Part shown: positions 37,658 to 48,620 of the stretch, piece after piece | Position numbering within the stretch: position 1 is the first letter of the stretch | Layout of the letters: each line of letters begins with the position of its first letter | Source: Octopus bimaculoides | Lineage: Eukaryota | NCBI RefSeq assembly: GCF_001194135.2 | Contig: NC_068990.1 | Location: forward strand, 9,674,618 to 9,727,462 | DNA: 52,845 nucleotides | Direction: 5' to 3' | The notes under the pieces: model-generated | What the model saw: the letters and a program-made list of their open reading frames with translations, nothing else | The model's database searches: none | Told to the model about the DNA's origin: nothing | Made by a program: the position numbers and the translations under genes

Positions 37658-40596
37658 TTGTGTGTATTTTGATTTAAATACTCTCCACAGATATTTGTTG
37701 AATATCACTGTTGTGTAGACCGTATCCCCTTTTATTAAAGAGCTATGTCCGTGACAAATACATTTAACTTTCCGCTTGATCACATTCGAACATCTTATGA
37801 GACACACTAAATCAAGTTATTTGTTATATTCGTTATGAACTGTTGAAGTATGACAGGTCTCAGTATAATGTCAGCGACTACGCGGTATTAAGCTACAATA
37901 CCGGTGGTAGCAACAGAATTTTTTAGGCACGCAATTGGACTTTACATTCAAGTTTTCAGTTTACCGCACTCGAATATTGTGACGCGTCTATCAGTGAATT
38001 CTTAATATAAGATAAAGACAATACGACGTAGATAGCCCATTAATTCATTAGGGCATAGCGTTATCTCTTGCCACTTTCATCATCACCTTCTAAATTATTT
38101 AACGTCTTTGACAGTACTAACTTGCTGCCAATCACTTCTGTAATCGTGTTTATGTTTGACTTTCAATTCTATATCGTGCATGTAAGATATCTTTAGATTC
38201 TAATGAAAAAAATTAACTATTTATTATTAATGTTAAATTTAGTTACTTCAGCAGACATTCTAGAAATAATTCCAATTATTTTGAAATAGTTCGTCATAAA
38301 AATGTGATCAGAGACTGGATAAACATTCTAATCTTTATTAAACCGAGACAACTTTCACATTTTTACTTTTGTCTCCATTGCTGTGAATACTCTTCATTTA
38401 TCGATCTACAGTAGATAAAATTAATGATAGCATTATAAAACTGGTTAATTATACTTGCTTTTTTTAAGAGAGCTTGGTAAGGATAATGTGCCCTTCAATA
38501 TATTTATCAAACCGATAAATAAAATTTATCATTTCCATTAATGATTAATTAAGCAATACAACTCTTAGAAAATTAAGTGAACATTGTTCTGCTCATATGT
38601 ATTAGAGAATATTCACAATATACTGACGTCTAGACGGAAAATCGATGCAAACACTCATCATGCACAGTAGAAATGTACTACATAATATACATACTATCAG
38701 TTCCAGCACACTGCCATTTCATCGAAATGATTCAGTTACATATAACTATAGTAATGATTTCAACATTGGCTCACGCGCATACCTTTTACACAATGGAATA
38801 TAGATTACAGTGTCCCATTACCGGGATGGCTGATTATTCTGTCAGTCATGTAAGGGTCATAAGTTGACTTCTAAGCGAACTGAACGCAAAAACGTAACAA
38901 GTTTTAATATAACACACGCGATATTTTAACGATGAATAGTAATATTATTTCTATATTGGTTACATTATTATGGTTTTCAATTATATATGAAAGATACATT
39001 TTAGTTTTATACACTGTATAGCAAACACTCAGATACTTATCTCTTAACATATGCTTTCTATCATCTTAATTTCATCTATTATGTCACACAGATCTTCCAC
39101 AGTAAATGCATACCATTGTAGTTAAAATACAAGTTAAATTTATTGCTAACTCTTAACAGTAAAATTTAAACAAGTACTAAAATATGGAATAAATAATTTG
39201 CAGTATGGAGAGTTATTTGTGTAAAACCCCATTTAAGTTACAATGCAGTCAATTTTAACTTTAAAGCTACTGGATAGATACAATTGACATGATAATAATT
39301 GTTCCTGTGCCGATCGAACTGAAAATAAATCTATGATCTTTTTAAACTTTCGAGCAATCAGTAAATTATAGCTTTATCTGAAATCGTAATTAACGCTATA
39401 AAAAGCTAGATTCGTTAGCATTGATAAACAAATCAATATATGTTGATTAAATATTGTGCGATAAAGTCTCAAATATCAAAGATTACACACACTCACACAC
39501 ACATACACACACACACCACACACACACACACACGTACACGCACATTTATAATGTAACGTGAGCTTTAGAAGAATTTTAAACTTAGGCATCTGTATGGTGT
39601 TGTATCTAATGGCACAATAGAAATCTATGAACAGTTTTATAGTGGCGACTAAGTCTTTCAATTGAGATATAATGTTTTGGGGACATTCTATCCTAGGAAA
39701 CATTCATTTTCAAGAGAGTGAGAAGTGATATGACTGGAATTGTACAATGTCGAAACATATTTTCTGCGTCATCTCACCCAGACGTATGTTGCAATAGATG
39801 TACACGTTATGCTGGAATGTTATATGGTAACACAATTTTGTACAATCTTGTAATAAAAAAAATGTGATATTTAAAGCTATGCACTAAATTATAATAATGT
39901 TTTATGTTTACAAATATCTAACGGCAAAAATGTGCTTTGATGTACAGTTAACTAGATAGTATTCATGTTTATGTATCATGGTCAACTAAAATCTATCCAA
40001 ATTTTCATTTGGCTTCTCATACGTTTCTAGAGATCAAAAATATCATATCGACCTAAATCTGTTAAAACAGTGGATGAAAATAGGCACTTCTGTTGCAAAG
40101 GAAATATTTTGTGAACATGAAACGGTCGTCATTGAGAGCTGTGAATTTTGCTATTAGATAATGAAATAGTGGGCTTTAATAATTCAAAAGTCAAACAGAA
40201 ATTAGAATAAACTTCCTATAATTACTTAATCAATTACGACATAAAAGTTAAAATTATCTTTGAATTTAACCATGGTGGCCGCTCATTTTAATATTCTAAT
40301 TTTTCACTGTTAAAGAGTTAACACCCAGTTTTTGATTTCCAAGTTTTTTGCTTGAAGGAAAGATTTGTTGGACAATAGACCGGCCAAAAATCTCACCTTC
40401 GATGCCCTGGTATTCGATCGCGTAGAAATTTACCATTCTATGCTATCATACTTTAAAAATGAAGAAAATGATTCCCAACTACGCAATTATGTACTTAAAA
40501 GGAAATGAAAAACAAACCAACTCGACACCAACACAAAGATACATACATATAGGCAGACATACACAGAAACGCAAAATATATATGCATATATATGTG

Positions 40597-40647
<51 letters not shown>

Positions 40648-41760
40648 CCCCCTCGTACNNNNNNNNNNNNNNNNNNNNNNNNNNNNNNNNNNNNNNNNNN
40701 NNNNNNNNNNNNNNNNNNNNNNNNNNNNNNNNNNNNNNNNNNNNNNNNNNNNNNNNNNNNNNNNNNNNNNNNNNNNNNNNNNNNNNNNNNNNNNNNNNNN
40801 NNNNNNNNNNNNNNNNNNNNNNNNNNNNNNNNNNNNNNNNNNNNNNNNNNNNNNNNNNNNNNNNNNNNNNNNNNNNNNNNNNNNNNNNNNNNNNNNNNNN
40901 NNNNNNNNNNNNNNNNNNNNNNNNNNNNNNNNNNNNNNNNNNNNNNNNNNNNNNNNNNNNNNNNNNNNNNNNNNNNNNNNNNNNNNNNNNNNNNNNNNNN
41001 NNNNNNNNNNNNNNNNNNNNNNNNNNNNNNNNNNNNNNNNNNNNNNNNNNNNNNNNNNNNNNNNNNNNNNNNNNNNNNNNNNNNNNNNNNNNNNNNNNNN
41101 NNNNNNNNNNNNNNNNNNNNNNNNNNNNNNNNNNNNNNNNNNNNNNNNNNNNNNNNNNNNNNNNNNNNNNNNNNNNNNNNNNNNNNNNNNNNNNNNNNNN
41201 NNNNNNNNNNNNNNNNNNNNNNNNNNNNNNNNNNNNNNNNNNNNNNNNNNNNNNNNNNNNNNNNNNNNNNNNNNNNNNNNNNNNNNNNNNNNNNNNNNNN
41301 NNNNNNNNNNNNNNNNNNNNNNNNNNNNNNNNNNNNNNNNNNNNNNNNNNNNNNNNNNNNNNNNNNNNNNNNNNNNNNNNNNNNNNNNNNNNNNNNNNNN
41401 NNNNNNNNNNNNNNNNNNNNNNNNNNNNNNNNNNNNNNNNNNNNNNNNNNNNNNNNNNNNNNNNNNNNNATATATAAATGATATGCTTGCCTCAATTCTT
41501 CAGGGATAGTCTGAAGCATTCAAGCAACCAGGGGATGTTTAAATCCGGAGGCACTCCTGGGAATCACCTGTGCGGGTACCGTCTTGGTTAGATGGCATCC
41601 AGAGGCAGGTAATTTACTGTTTAAACTGTAGTTTATAATTATATTTATGTGGAGAATGGAGCAACAAATACAAGAAGAAGCAATTCTGTTAGGCTAGTTA
41701 GCCGTTTTTTTATTATGTGGAGGTTATGTAATGAGTCAATGTGGATGTTATGTAATTAGT

Positions 41761-41812
41761 CATTTACGCACGTTTCAATCTGGCCAATGGTTTTGCAGAT
41801 CTCTTCAGAATG
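41761..41812 (-). ncRNA. Minimal type-I hammerhead ribozyme with intact catalytic core
   Basis: CATT-CTGAAGA-GATCTG-caaaaccattggc-CAGATT-GAAA-CG-tg-CG-T-A-AATG. Stem I 4 bp, stem II 6 bp (G.U closing), stem III 3 bp with 2-nt loop, GUA cleavage triplet. Confidence 0.8.
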
Positions 41813-42211
41813 TTGAGGAGTATGTTAAAAGTCCATGGTGTGAGAGATGTAGGAGAAGTGATTAGTGGATATATTAATGTATATGGTGGTGTAATAATAG
41901 CATTACGTAAAGAAAGCCTTACGTTTTAGTTGAAGCTGTGTTGGTCTTCCTGTAAGGGGATGTAGGATGGGTGCTATTTAAGCTCATTATTCCGAATTTA
42001 ATCAAATGCATCTCCACGTGATTTTATGATTGAGGGATGCGTCGTATATTTCTAGCACCGGCGGTGTTAGTACAGGGAGGCAACCCTAAATTTATGTGAA
42101 AAGGGCGCTAACTCTGGTCTTATTCGTAGTTAATTATAATTAATTATACTTAGAAGGAAAATTCTTTTATGCATATTTAGTTTTACTTAGGAAGTGTAAT
42201 GCATTATATAT

Positions 42212-43780
42212 TTAATTATACTTAGAGAATGAGTTTTGAGTAGCGTGAAGACGTATTAGGCTAGATTCATATCTCCTGTTTAATAGGTCATTCTTAGCCG
42301 TAAGGATCTCAAGGCGCTCAGTTAAACAGAGCTGATAGCGTCTGTTAGTTGGGTTATAGGAATTAGCTACTTTTAGTATGTGCCACTTTAGTTTATATTC
42401 TATCTTATTGTCGTTTAGTTCCCAGATGTACCTACTAAGTCCTGTTGAATTTGCCTTATTTCTATTTTTAAAGCTAGATTGGTGCTCATTATATCTAAGT
42501 CGTACTTGGTTTTTAGTCCCACCTACATAAGATCTAGTGTGGCTGCTTGTTTGTACGTCACATTGGTAAACTATATTTTCGGTCTTGCATCTATTGGAGA
42601 AATTACATTTATTCCTATCTCTACAGCCACATAGGTTGTAAGGGGTGTCTATGTCTGTGTGTTGTTGTGTGGCCCTATTGTTTTCTTAGTGTGGGTCCCT
42701 CCTAGTAATGGGTGTTGGATTAGGGTTGGAGTTAGTTCTATTATTTGGAGGGTTGTTGATCTGGTTGTTCGTGGTGTTTCTAGCTGTATAGAATACGTCT
42801 AATTTCTTATTATTAATAGATGCTATTATGGTAGCTAAGGTGCATGTCAGGCTGTGGCCTATTCTTATTTTGTTCTTAAATATTTCTGCGTATTTATTGT
42901 TTACATTGAGGTGTTTATCTATTATGTTCATTAGTGAGCGGACTATGTTAGATTTGAGGTTCATGTTATAGGGAATGATTAGTCAGATCGTATCCTTATT
43001 GTTCTTGTTGCTATTACGGCCATATCTGGTATAGAACCTGCCATCACAACTGGGAAGGCTGGTGAATTTTTCTTTACGGCTATCAAATTTATTTCTATAG
43101 TTGGGTTTATTTTTGATATGTGTCTTTTCATTTTCTTTCCTTGCTAGTATTGCTAGGTATTTGTGGGCCTGATATATGGTTTCTTTTAGTCTGCTGGGTC
43201 TCCCTGTTATTTATGCTAAACTTATCGTTGTATTGCTTAACATTGGTTTTGTTCAGGTGGCTATTGTATTTCTGCTTCGTCTTGCTATTAGCCTTAATCG
43301 TCCTATTAATATTGTTGGTGTTGGTGTTTACACTGTTGTTGGTATTTTTGGTGTTATGTGGTTTGGCTTTGGGACCTTTTGTATTTCTATTACATGTGCT
43401 ATGTTTATCTGTGTCATTCATATCATTAGTGTGGTTTGCAGCGGTGTTTGGTGTGTTAATAGTGTATGTGTTACTAACGCTTAGATTCCGTATAGTTGGG
43501 TCTTTTTATGGTTATTGGATTCTATGAATTTAATTTTATGGTTAAATCCTGCCCTATGTAGTGCGATGTTGTAGGTTTCCTTATGCTTATTAAAAATATC
43601 TTGGTTAGAGGAGAGGCGTGATATCCTATTGCTTATACTATGTGCTAAGCCTCTCTTGAGGAATAGTGGGTGGTTGCTGGATGCGTTTATGTATTTTAGG
43701 TTAGTATTAGGCTTTATGTATGGTTCATGTAGTCCTGTGGCTAGGTTGCAATTGGCGTCTAAATAGTTCCCGTTGTTTGA
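42212..43780 (-). pseudogene. PLE polyprotein remnant: RT thumb and GIY-YIG endonuclease
   Basis: NYLDANCNLATGLHEPYIKPNTNLKYINASSNHP...RISRLSSNQDIF (about 43770-43560); TI*LIIPYNMNLKSNIVRSLMNIIDKH; CGCRDRNKC...C; NIVY (42577-42566) and YVG (42529-42521); RYNEH, LSRYIWEL, QLCLTE. One frame from about 43125 to the TAA at 42212 has only two stops. Confidence 0.93.
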
Positions 43781-44298
43781 TTTTCTTTAAAGGGTCATTT
43801 TGTTATATTTGCTGAAGTTCGGTTTTGATCAGTGGTAAAATTTAACTGGTCTAGAGTTGGGTGACATCACTAACTGGTGTTGTTAAAATATCATTGTTCT
43901 AGAGTTAGCTGACGTCAGCAACTGGTGTTTCTATAGTGTTATTGCATGGTGATTTGGAGTTGCGGATTCGAAACTCGCTTGGAAAATTGTTACTAAAGAT
44001 TTTTGAATTATGTGTATTGTATCTACTTGTTTCTTTATGTGGAGTAATTCAGAAAAAGGGCAAAATACCGAATTTCTCCAGACAGAACACAAGCAGATAC
44101 AACACACATAGTTAAAAAAACGTTAATAACCGCCTTCCATGCGGTTTTCGAAACCAGAACTCCAAATCATCATACAATAACACCATACAAACACGAGTTG
44201 CCGGCGTCACCTAACTCTAGACCAATGAAATTTTACCTCTGATAAAAACTGAACTTCAGCAAATACAACAAAATGATACTTTAAGAGAATCAACCAAC
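43772..44298. repeat. Large inverted repeat: arms 43772-44050 and 44070-44298, 19-nt spacer
   Basis: About 87% identity in the outer ~93 nt and about 79% in the inner ~130 nt. The left arm has an extra ~48-bp tandem duplication (TCTAGAGTT.. at 43850 and 43898). Confidence 0.9.
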
Positions 44299-44560
44299 TC
44301 GAATGGCTGATAACTTTTCCCACAAGGAAGCTAACCAGACAGAAAGACAAATTTCAACACCGGAAAAACAAGACATCACCAGTACTTTAACAAATCAAAA
44401 TCAGATTCGTTCAGGGGAAAAAAAAATTATAAATGCACCGGATTCCAAACAACATCGTTGCAATCAAAATCATGGCACACGACGGAAACTGCGAAGAACT
44501 GCAAGTATTCCTGTGGCAAGCACTAAACTTATGGTTCATCACATTTCTATATTGTAAAGC
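44070..44560 (+). pseudogene. Probable PLE N-terminal coding remnant in inverted orientation
   Basis: Shares ~230 bp with the 5' end of the minus-strand PLE. EELQVFLWQALNL weakly resembles the PLE N-terminal E..VL..GLN motif. Confidence 0.4.
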
Positions 44561-44712
44561 TGTGATTGGTCTCCAGACAAACCGGTTTATACATAGATTG
44601 ATATACAAGACAACATATAAAATATAAATTACATATCAGTAGTATTAATTCATCTGTTATCAAAAAGCCAAAACCAAACAGTCTCATGTTAGTACTGCTA
44701 CTGATTATCTTT

Positions 44713-45048
44713 AAAGAAACCACCTTCGGTCATGAACGACCATGGTATTCTAACTAGAAAGTTACCCTCCGAGGCACATGTCCAGGCATCATTGTTTATT
44801 GAAGACCAGTAGTCGTCCATGGGTACCGCTCCCCCAATCCTCACGCCGCTGATATCATCCAAAGCAAAAGCAAACGCTGATGCAGCTTAGTACCAATGAC
44901 TCAGCAACACCTCTCTACTGCTGGGTGAACTGGAGCAATGTGAAATAAAGTGTCTGGCTCAAGAACACAGCACACACTTCGGTCCGGGAATCACACTTAC
45001 TACCTCATGATTGTCAGCCCAACGCTCTAACCACTGAGCCATGCTCTT
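44713..45048 (-). mobile_element. SINE family C (tRNA head, conserved central segment, LINE-like tail)
   Basis: Minus strand ATGGCTCAGTGGTTAGAGCGTTGGGCTGACAATCATGAGG (A box, tRNA-like), degenerate B box GTGTGATTCCC, GTGTTCTTGAGCCAGACACTTTATTTCACATTGCTCCAGTTCACCCAGC. Confidence 0.8.
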
Positions 45049-45846
45049 TAAGCAAGGTACAAATTCGACACATGCCTGTTGATCTTATCGATTCAATTGC
45101 TTGCTAGTGCCCACGAAAGGGATATAGTATAACTGTCATATACACGCTTATATATCTGCTTTTTTTTTCTTTTAACTTTCTTACAATCCTCATGAAAATA
45201 ATCTCTTAAATTGCTATTCTAAATTTTTAGAATTCATTAGATTACAGTAAGGGTTAATATTTACTCAAGTGCTTTTAATTCTTCTCCGATGTTATAACCA
45301 CAGAAAGATGCGTGGTTTAATGTACTTTGTAAGTTTATATTGACAATTCTAATTTGCGGTAAAATTCCCCATGCCAATTAGCATCGTCTGAATGGAGTAA
45401 ACACATTCTCAATCTCACATAGTTCATAAATAGACCACAGCCTGTGTAATTTAGCATGGCAATTAATGAAGCAATGTTAACGAACGCTAAATAAAAATGT
45501 AGTAATAAACTTCAGAGATTATCACCAGTAATGAATATCTAAATTGAACGCTATTATATTTATAGCTACATTATTAAACATGAATAAGTCAAATTATGTG
45601 ATAATGCTAACAATGTAATTTGTAATTATTATCATCAGTAGCACAGGGATAAATTGATTGCCAGGCTGCTTAATGTTATGCGATCAAATTTTGCTAAGTT
45701 GACTTCATTTTATCTTTTCGGATTTCATAAAACAGGTATATCAAGTGTACAGGTATCAATTCTATCACGGGTCCACTTTTGTTTTTTGAAAAATCACTAG
45801 CTTTACATGAAAGACAGAAAACAATATCTGTTTTTCGTGAGTCTGT

Positions 45847-46410
45847 TCATTTTTTATGTAATGAATTTTTAAGATCGACACAGATCTCAAAGTCAAACGT
45901 AGCATCAGGCTGCAGCCTTTTCGTATTGTTGTTTTCTATTTCGGCCTCATACAGAATGTGAAAACTATCTTTGAGGAATATGCACAAATTAAAGGTATTT
46001 AAACGGATTATAGCATCCTCAGGTAAACTGTAACATTTTGAAAATGTGTTAATAAATGCTATTGACTTGAAAGTTGCATTTTTTATCAAAGTTTCTTTTG
46101 AGATATTGTCATGCTTTAAGCGAACACAAAGGTTAGTCCCATTTCCCGGGACCTGCCAATTTATTGTGAAAACAATGTGAACTTCTGACTTCAAATGCAC
46201 ATCAACACAAAGGAAACTGAAATATGTATGAGAGAAATAATGTCTCTGTTTAGTCACTTTGATAAAATGCGAAGTTTTTGAAAGCAAACATATCTTCCGG
46301 CTCAAGAATCTGGCTGTCATTGTAAATATTTTTTGCAAGTATAAAACCTCCTGAGTTTCAGTAATGATGCTACTATCCAGACACAAAATATAAGTAATAT
46401 TAATTGTCAA
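45847..46410 (-). CDS. Unidentified 187-codon ORF; candidate host exon
   Basis: Longest gap-free, non-microsatellite ORF outside recognisable TEs. Good acceptor TTATTTCTCTCATACATATTTCAG| before 46216 and possible donor |GTATGA. Four N-x-S/T sequons and several Cys. No homology recognised. Confidence 0.4.
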   Translation of the reverse strand: MTINITYILCLDSSIITETQEVLYLQKIFTMTARFLSRKICLLSKTSHFIKVTKQRHYFSHTYFSFLCVDVHLKSEVHIVFTINWQVPGNGTNLCVRLKHDNISKETLIKNATFKSIAFINTFSKCYSLPEDAIIRLNTFNLCIFLKDSFHILYEAEIENNNTKRLQPDATFDFEICVDLKNSLHKK

Positions 46411-46636
46411 TAATTTGTGAGGCAGTTCTAAAGGAATATATATTTTAACAGCACTATTTGACCCTAACAGTTATCTCTTTTACAGGAAAAAAAACGCATT
46501 TATGTATCATGCAGGCAAACAAAAGGCCCCACAGAATAAATATGATTTGTTTGATGCTAAGAGAATATATTTAGCTAAGAGAATATATTCAGTTTTGCGT
46601 CGATTCAAACGATTTGCAATACTTAGGTCAACATAG

Positions 46637-46846
46637 GGTGGTGAGTTAAAAGAATCGTTAGTACGCTGGGCAAAATACCTAGCAGCATTTCGTCCGTCCT
46701 TTCGTTCTGAGTTCAATTCCGTTGAGGTTGACTTTGCCTTTGATATTTTCGGGATCGATAAAATAAGTACGAGTTGGGCACTGGAGTTGATGTTATCGAC
46801 TTACATCCTCGCCCGAAATTGCTGAACTAGTGTCAAATTTTGAAAA
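46637..46846 (+). mobile_element. SINE family B, full length
   Basis: GGTGGTGAGTTAAAAGAATCGTTAG...GAGTTCAATTCCGTTGAGGTTGACTTTGCCTTTGA...GATAAAATAAGTACGAGTTG. Confidence 0.8.
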
Positions 46847-46897
46847 TAATATTTTGGTTAACTAAATTGATTTATCCCTTGAGTTACAATAGTAGAT

Positions 46898-47270
46898 TTA
46901 TATTCAAAGCAGAAGCCATCGTGTTGCACAGTCTGAAGTCACCTTTCTGCCAGTTCTTTGATCCCACGCTGAAACAAGTTCTTATGCGTCGAGGGGAAGA
47001 ACTTCTTTACTGAAACTTTCATTTCCTCTTGATTGATAAAGCGTCGCGAGCGTAGGAAGTGAGGCAACGTTTGGAACAAATACTAATCCCAGGGAAATAT
47101 TTTTCCGCAAACCTAAGGTGAATAAGAAGTGGTGAAGCAAGAGTCAGCTTCCGGGACCTGTCGTAAAACATAGGAATTCCGAAGAGATGTGTGCCATTGT
47201 CCGTCGTTAGTGCACAGAAAGTGAGCTCTTCTGCAGTAAGACAATGCAAGGTCTTTTAACGGGAGAATTT
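46898..47270 (-). pseudogene. mariner-type transposase C-terminal remnant
   Basis: YSP*...D*YLFQTLPHFLRSRRFINQEEMKVSVKKFF...LFQRGIKELAER*LQTVQHDGFCFE matches the mariner terminus YSPDLAPSDYxLF...F...GI..L.ERW...G.YF. Confidence 0.8.
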
Positions 47271-48289
47271 TCGTTGAGGGATAAAGCTGGTTTGAATTCC
47301 ATTATACGTGTGCGTGTAGATAAAAGGAAAGAGAAAGCCAGGAGGATAAAATGTGACGATTTCTGCAAGTATAAAACAAGGCAACGCTGCTGAGACATAT
47401 CTTGAAATATACTGTCAACAAATGTACAATGGTTTCTACTGCAGTTGGTAAATAATGTATGCCAAGCAGAACAGGAAAGCTAATACGAGACTTAACTTCT
47501 ACTGGAGGATAGGAATAAACGTACGCGTCAAAGGCATTCCGGAAGCTGCCTGCGAAATAAATTTCTTTTCTGCCGAGATCCCAACACGACCACGAATGCC
47601 ACCTCACTAAAGAAATAGCGGGAAAGATGTCCTTATATAGGTGATAGTACTTTCCAGTGGGTAGACATAGATTTCCCGCGCTCTGCTGGTCTGTTACGTA
47701 ATGGGATGAGAGCCAGAAGGGCGAGACAAGCACGTGACCATATCATGTGACCACTTTCAGAAAACAGGTGTACAAGCTGGTATGAGACTCTTTAAGCCTA
47801 AACAAGCAAATTGTGAACATTATTCTGCCACAATCTCATACCGCTCGAACGATCCGCAATAAATTCTAGGAACCTGAAGGAAATAGAACGATGCTCGGTT
47901 CTTCACAGTTTCTGGGTTCCCTCTGCACATTTCCTTCTTATTTTATTAGTCAGAGTATGGTTCCTTATAACGTTTCCTCAAAATGGATGGATACAAAATC
48001 CCGAAGCTGTAAAACTAAGCACACATTCATCAACAAAGTCTTGAAATTACAACCTGTTACATACTGTTGAAATACATGTAATTGGTCATTCGAGAGAGGA
48101 TATTTTCATATCCATTTAGAGCATCATTTTTGATTTTAGGTCAGTAATATTGATTCCATTGACTTTCCTCTTAAAATGTTGCAGTATACCATCTTCTGGA
48201 AAGACATGCGGAAGGAAAACATTCCAGAGAGCCTATGTCCTGTGATGTAACACTAGCCATAATGATTAGTGTGGAACCGAATGAATTGG

Positions 48290-48620
48290 ACACAATAACA
48301 CGAAATGCGAGCGGATCTGGAAGTCTCGCTGGTAGAAGTACGAGGGCCGATAGAACGGAAAAAGCCACTATAGAAACAAAAGCAAAAGCAGAGAGAGAAG
48401 AGATATCACGTTTGTGAGCTTGTGGATTGATCATGTCATTTCTGGATACAATTCAATTCTATCGAATGACTCATATGTAGATATGCTTCAGGTTGCCTCT
48501 GTACGTAGCAGCAACATCTACCCTTGTGTAGGGGTACCACTCCAATGTGATGCTCTCTTAACTCTTCCAACAATTTATCAACATCTCTTGTTACACTATG
48601 AAAGTTATGGTTGAATACGC
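48290..48620 (+). pseudogene. Possible I/Nimb-type LINE C-terminal remnant
   Basis: IWKSRW*...SRERRDITFVSLWIDHVISGYNSILS resembles W...SRREE.VLTRLRIGH..LTH.YLL. Very decayed. Confidence 0.3.

Larger units (their letters stand above)
41761..44050 (-). mobile_element. Penelope-like retroelement, internally deleted (RT thumb, linker, GIY-YIG, 3'UTR, hammerhead)
   Basis: See the ORF remnant 42212-43780 and the hammerhead at 41761-41812. The 5' part forms an inverted repeat with 44070-44298. Confidence 0.9.

Noticed and set aside
47302-47733. 143-aa ORF next to the mariner remnant
   Set aside because: No recognisable motif or splice context; probably a chance frame in decayed TE sequence.
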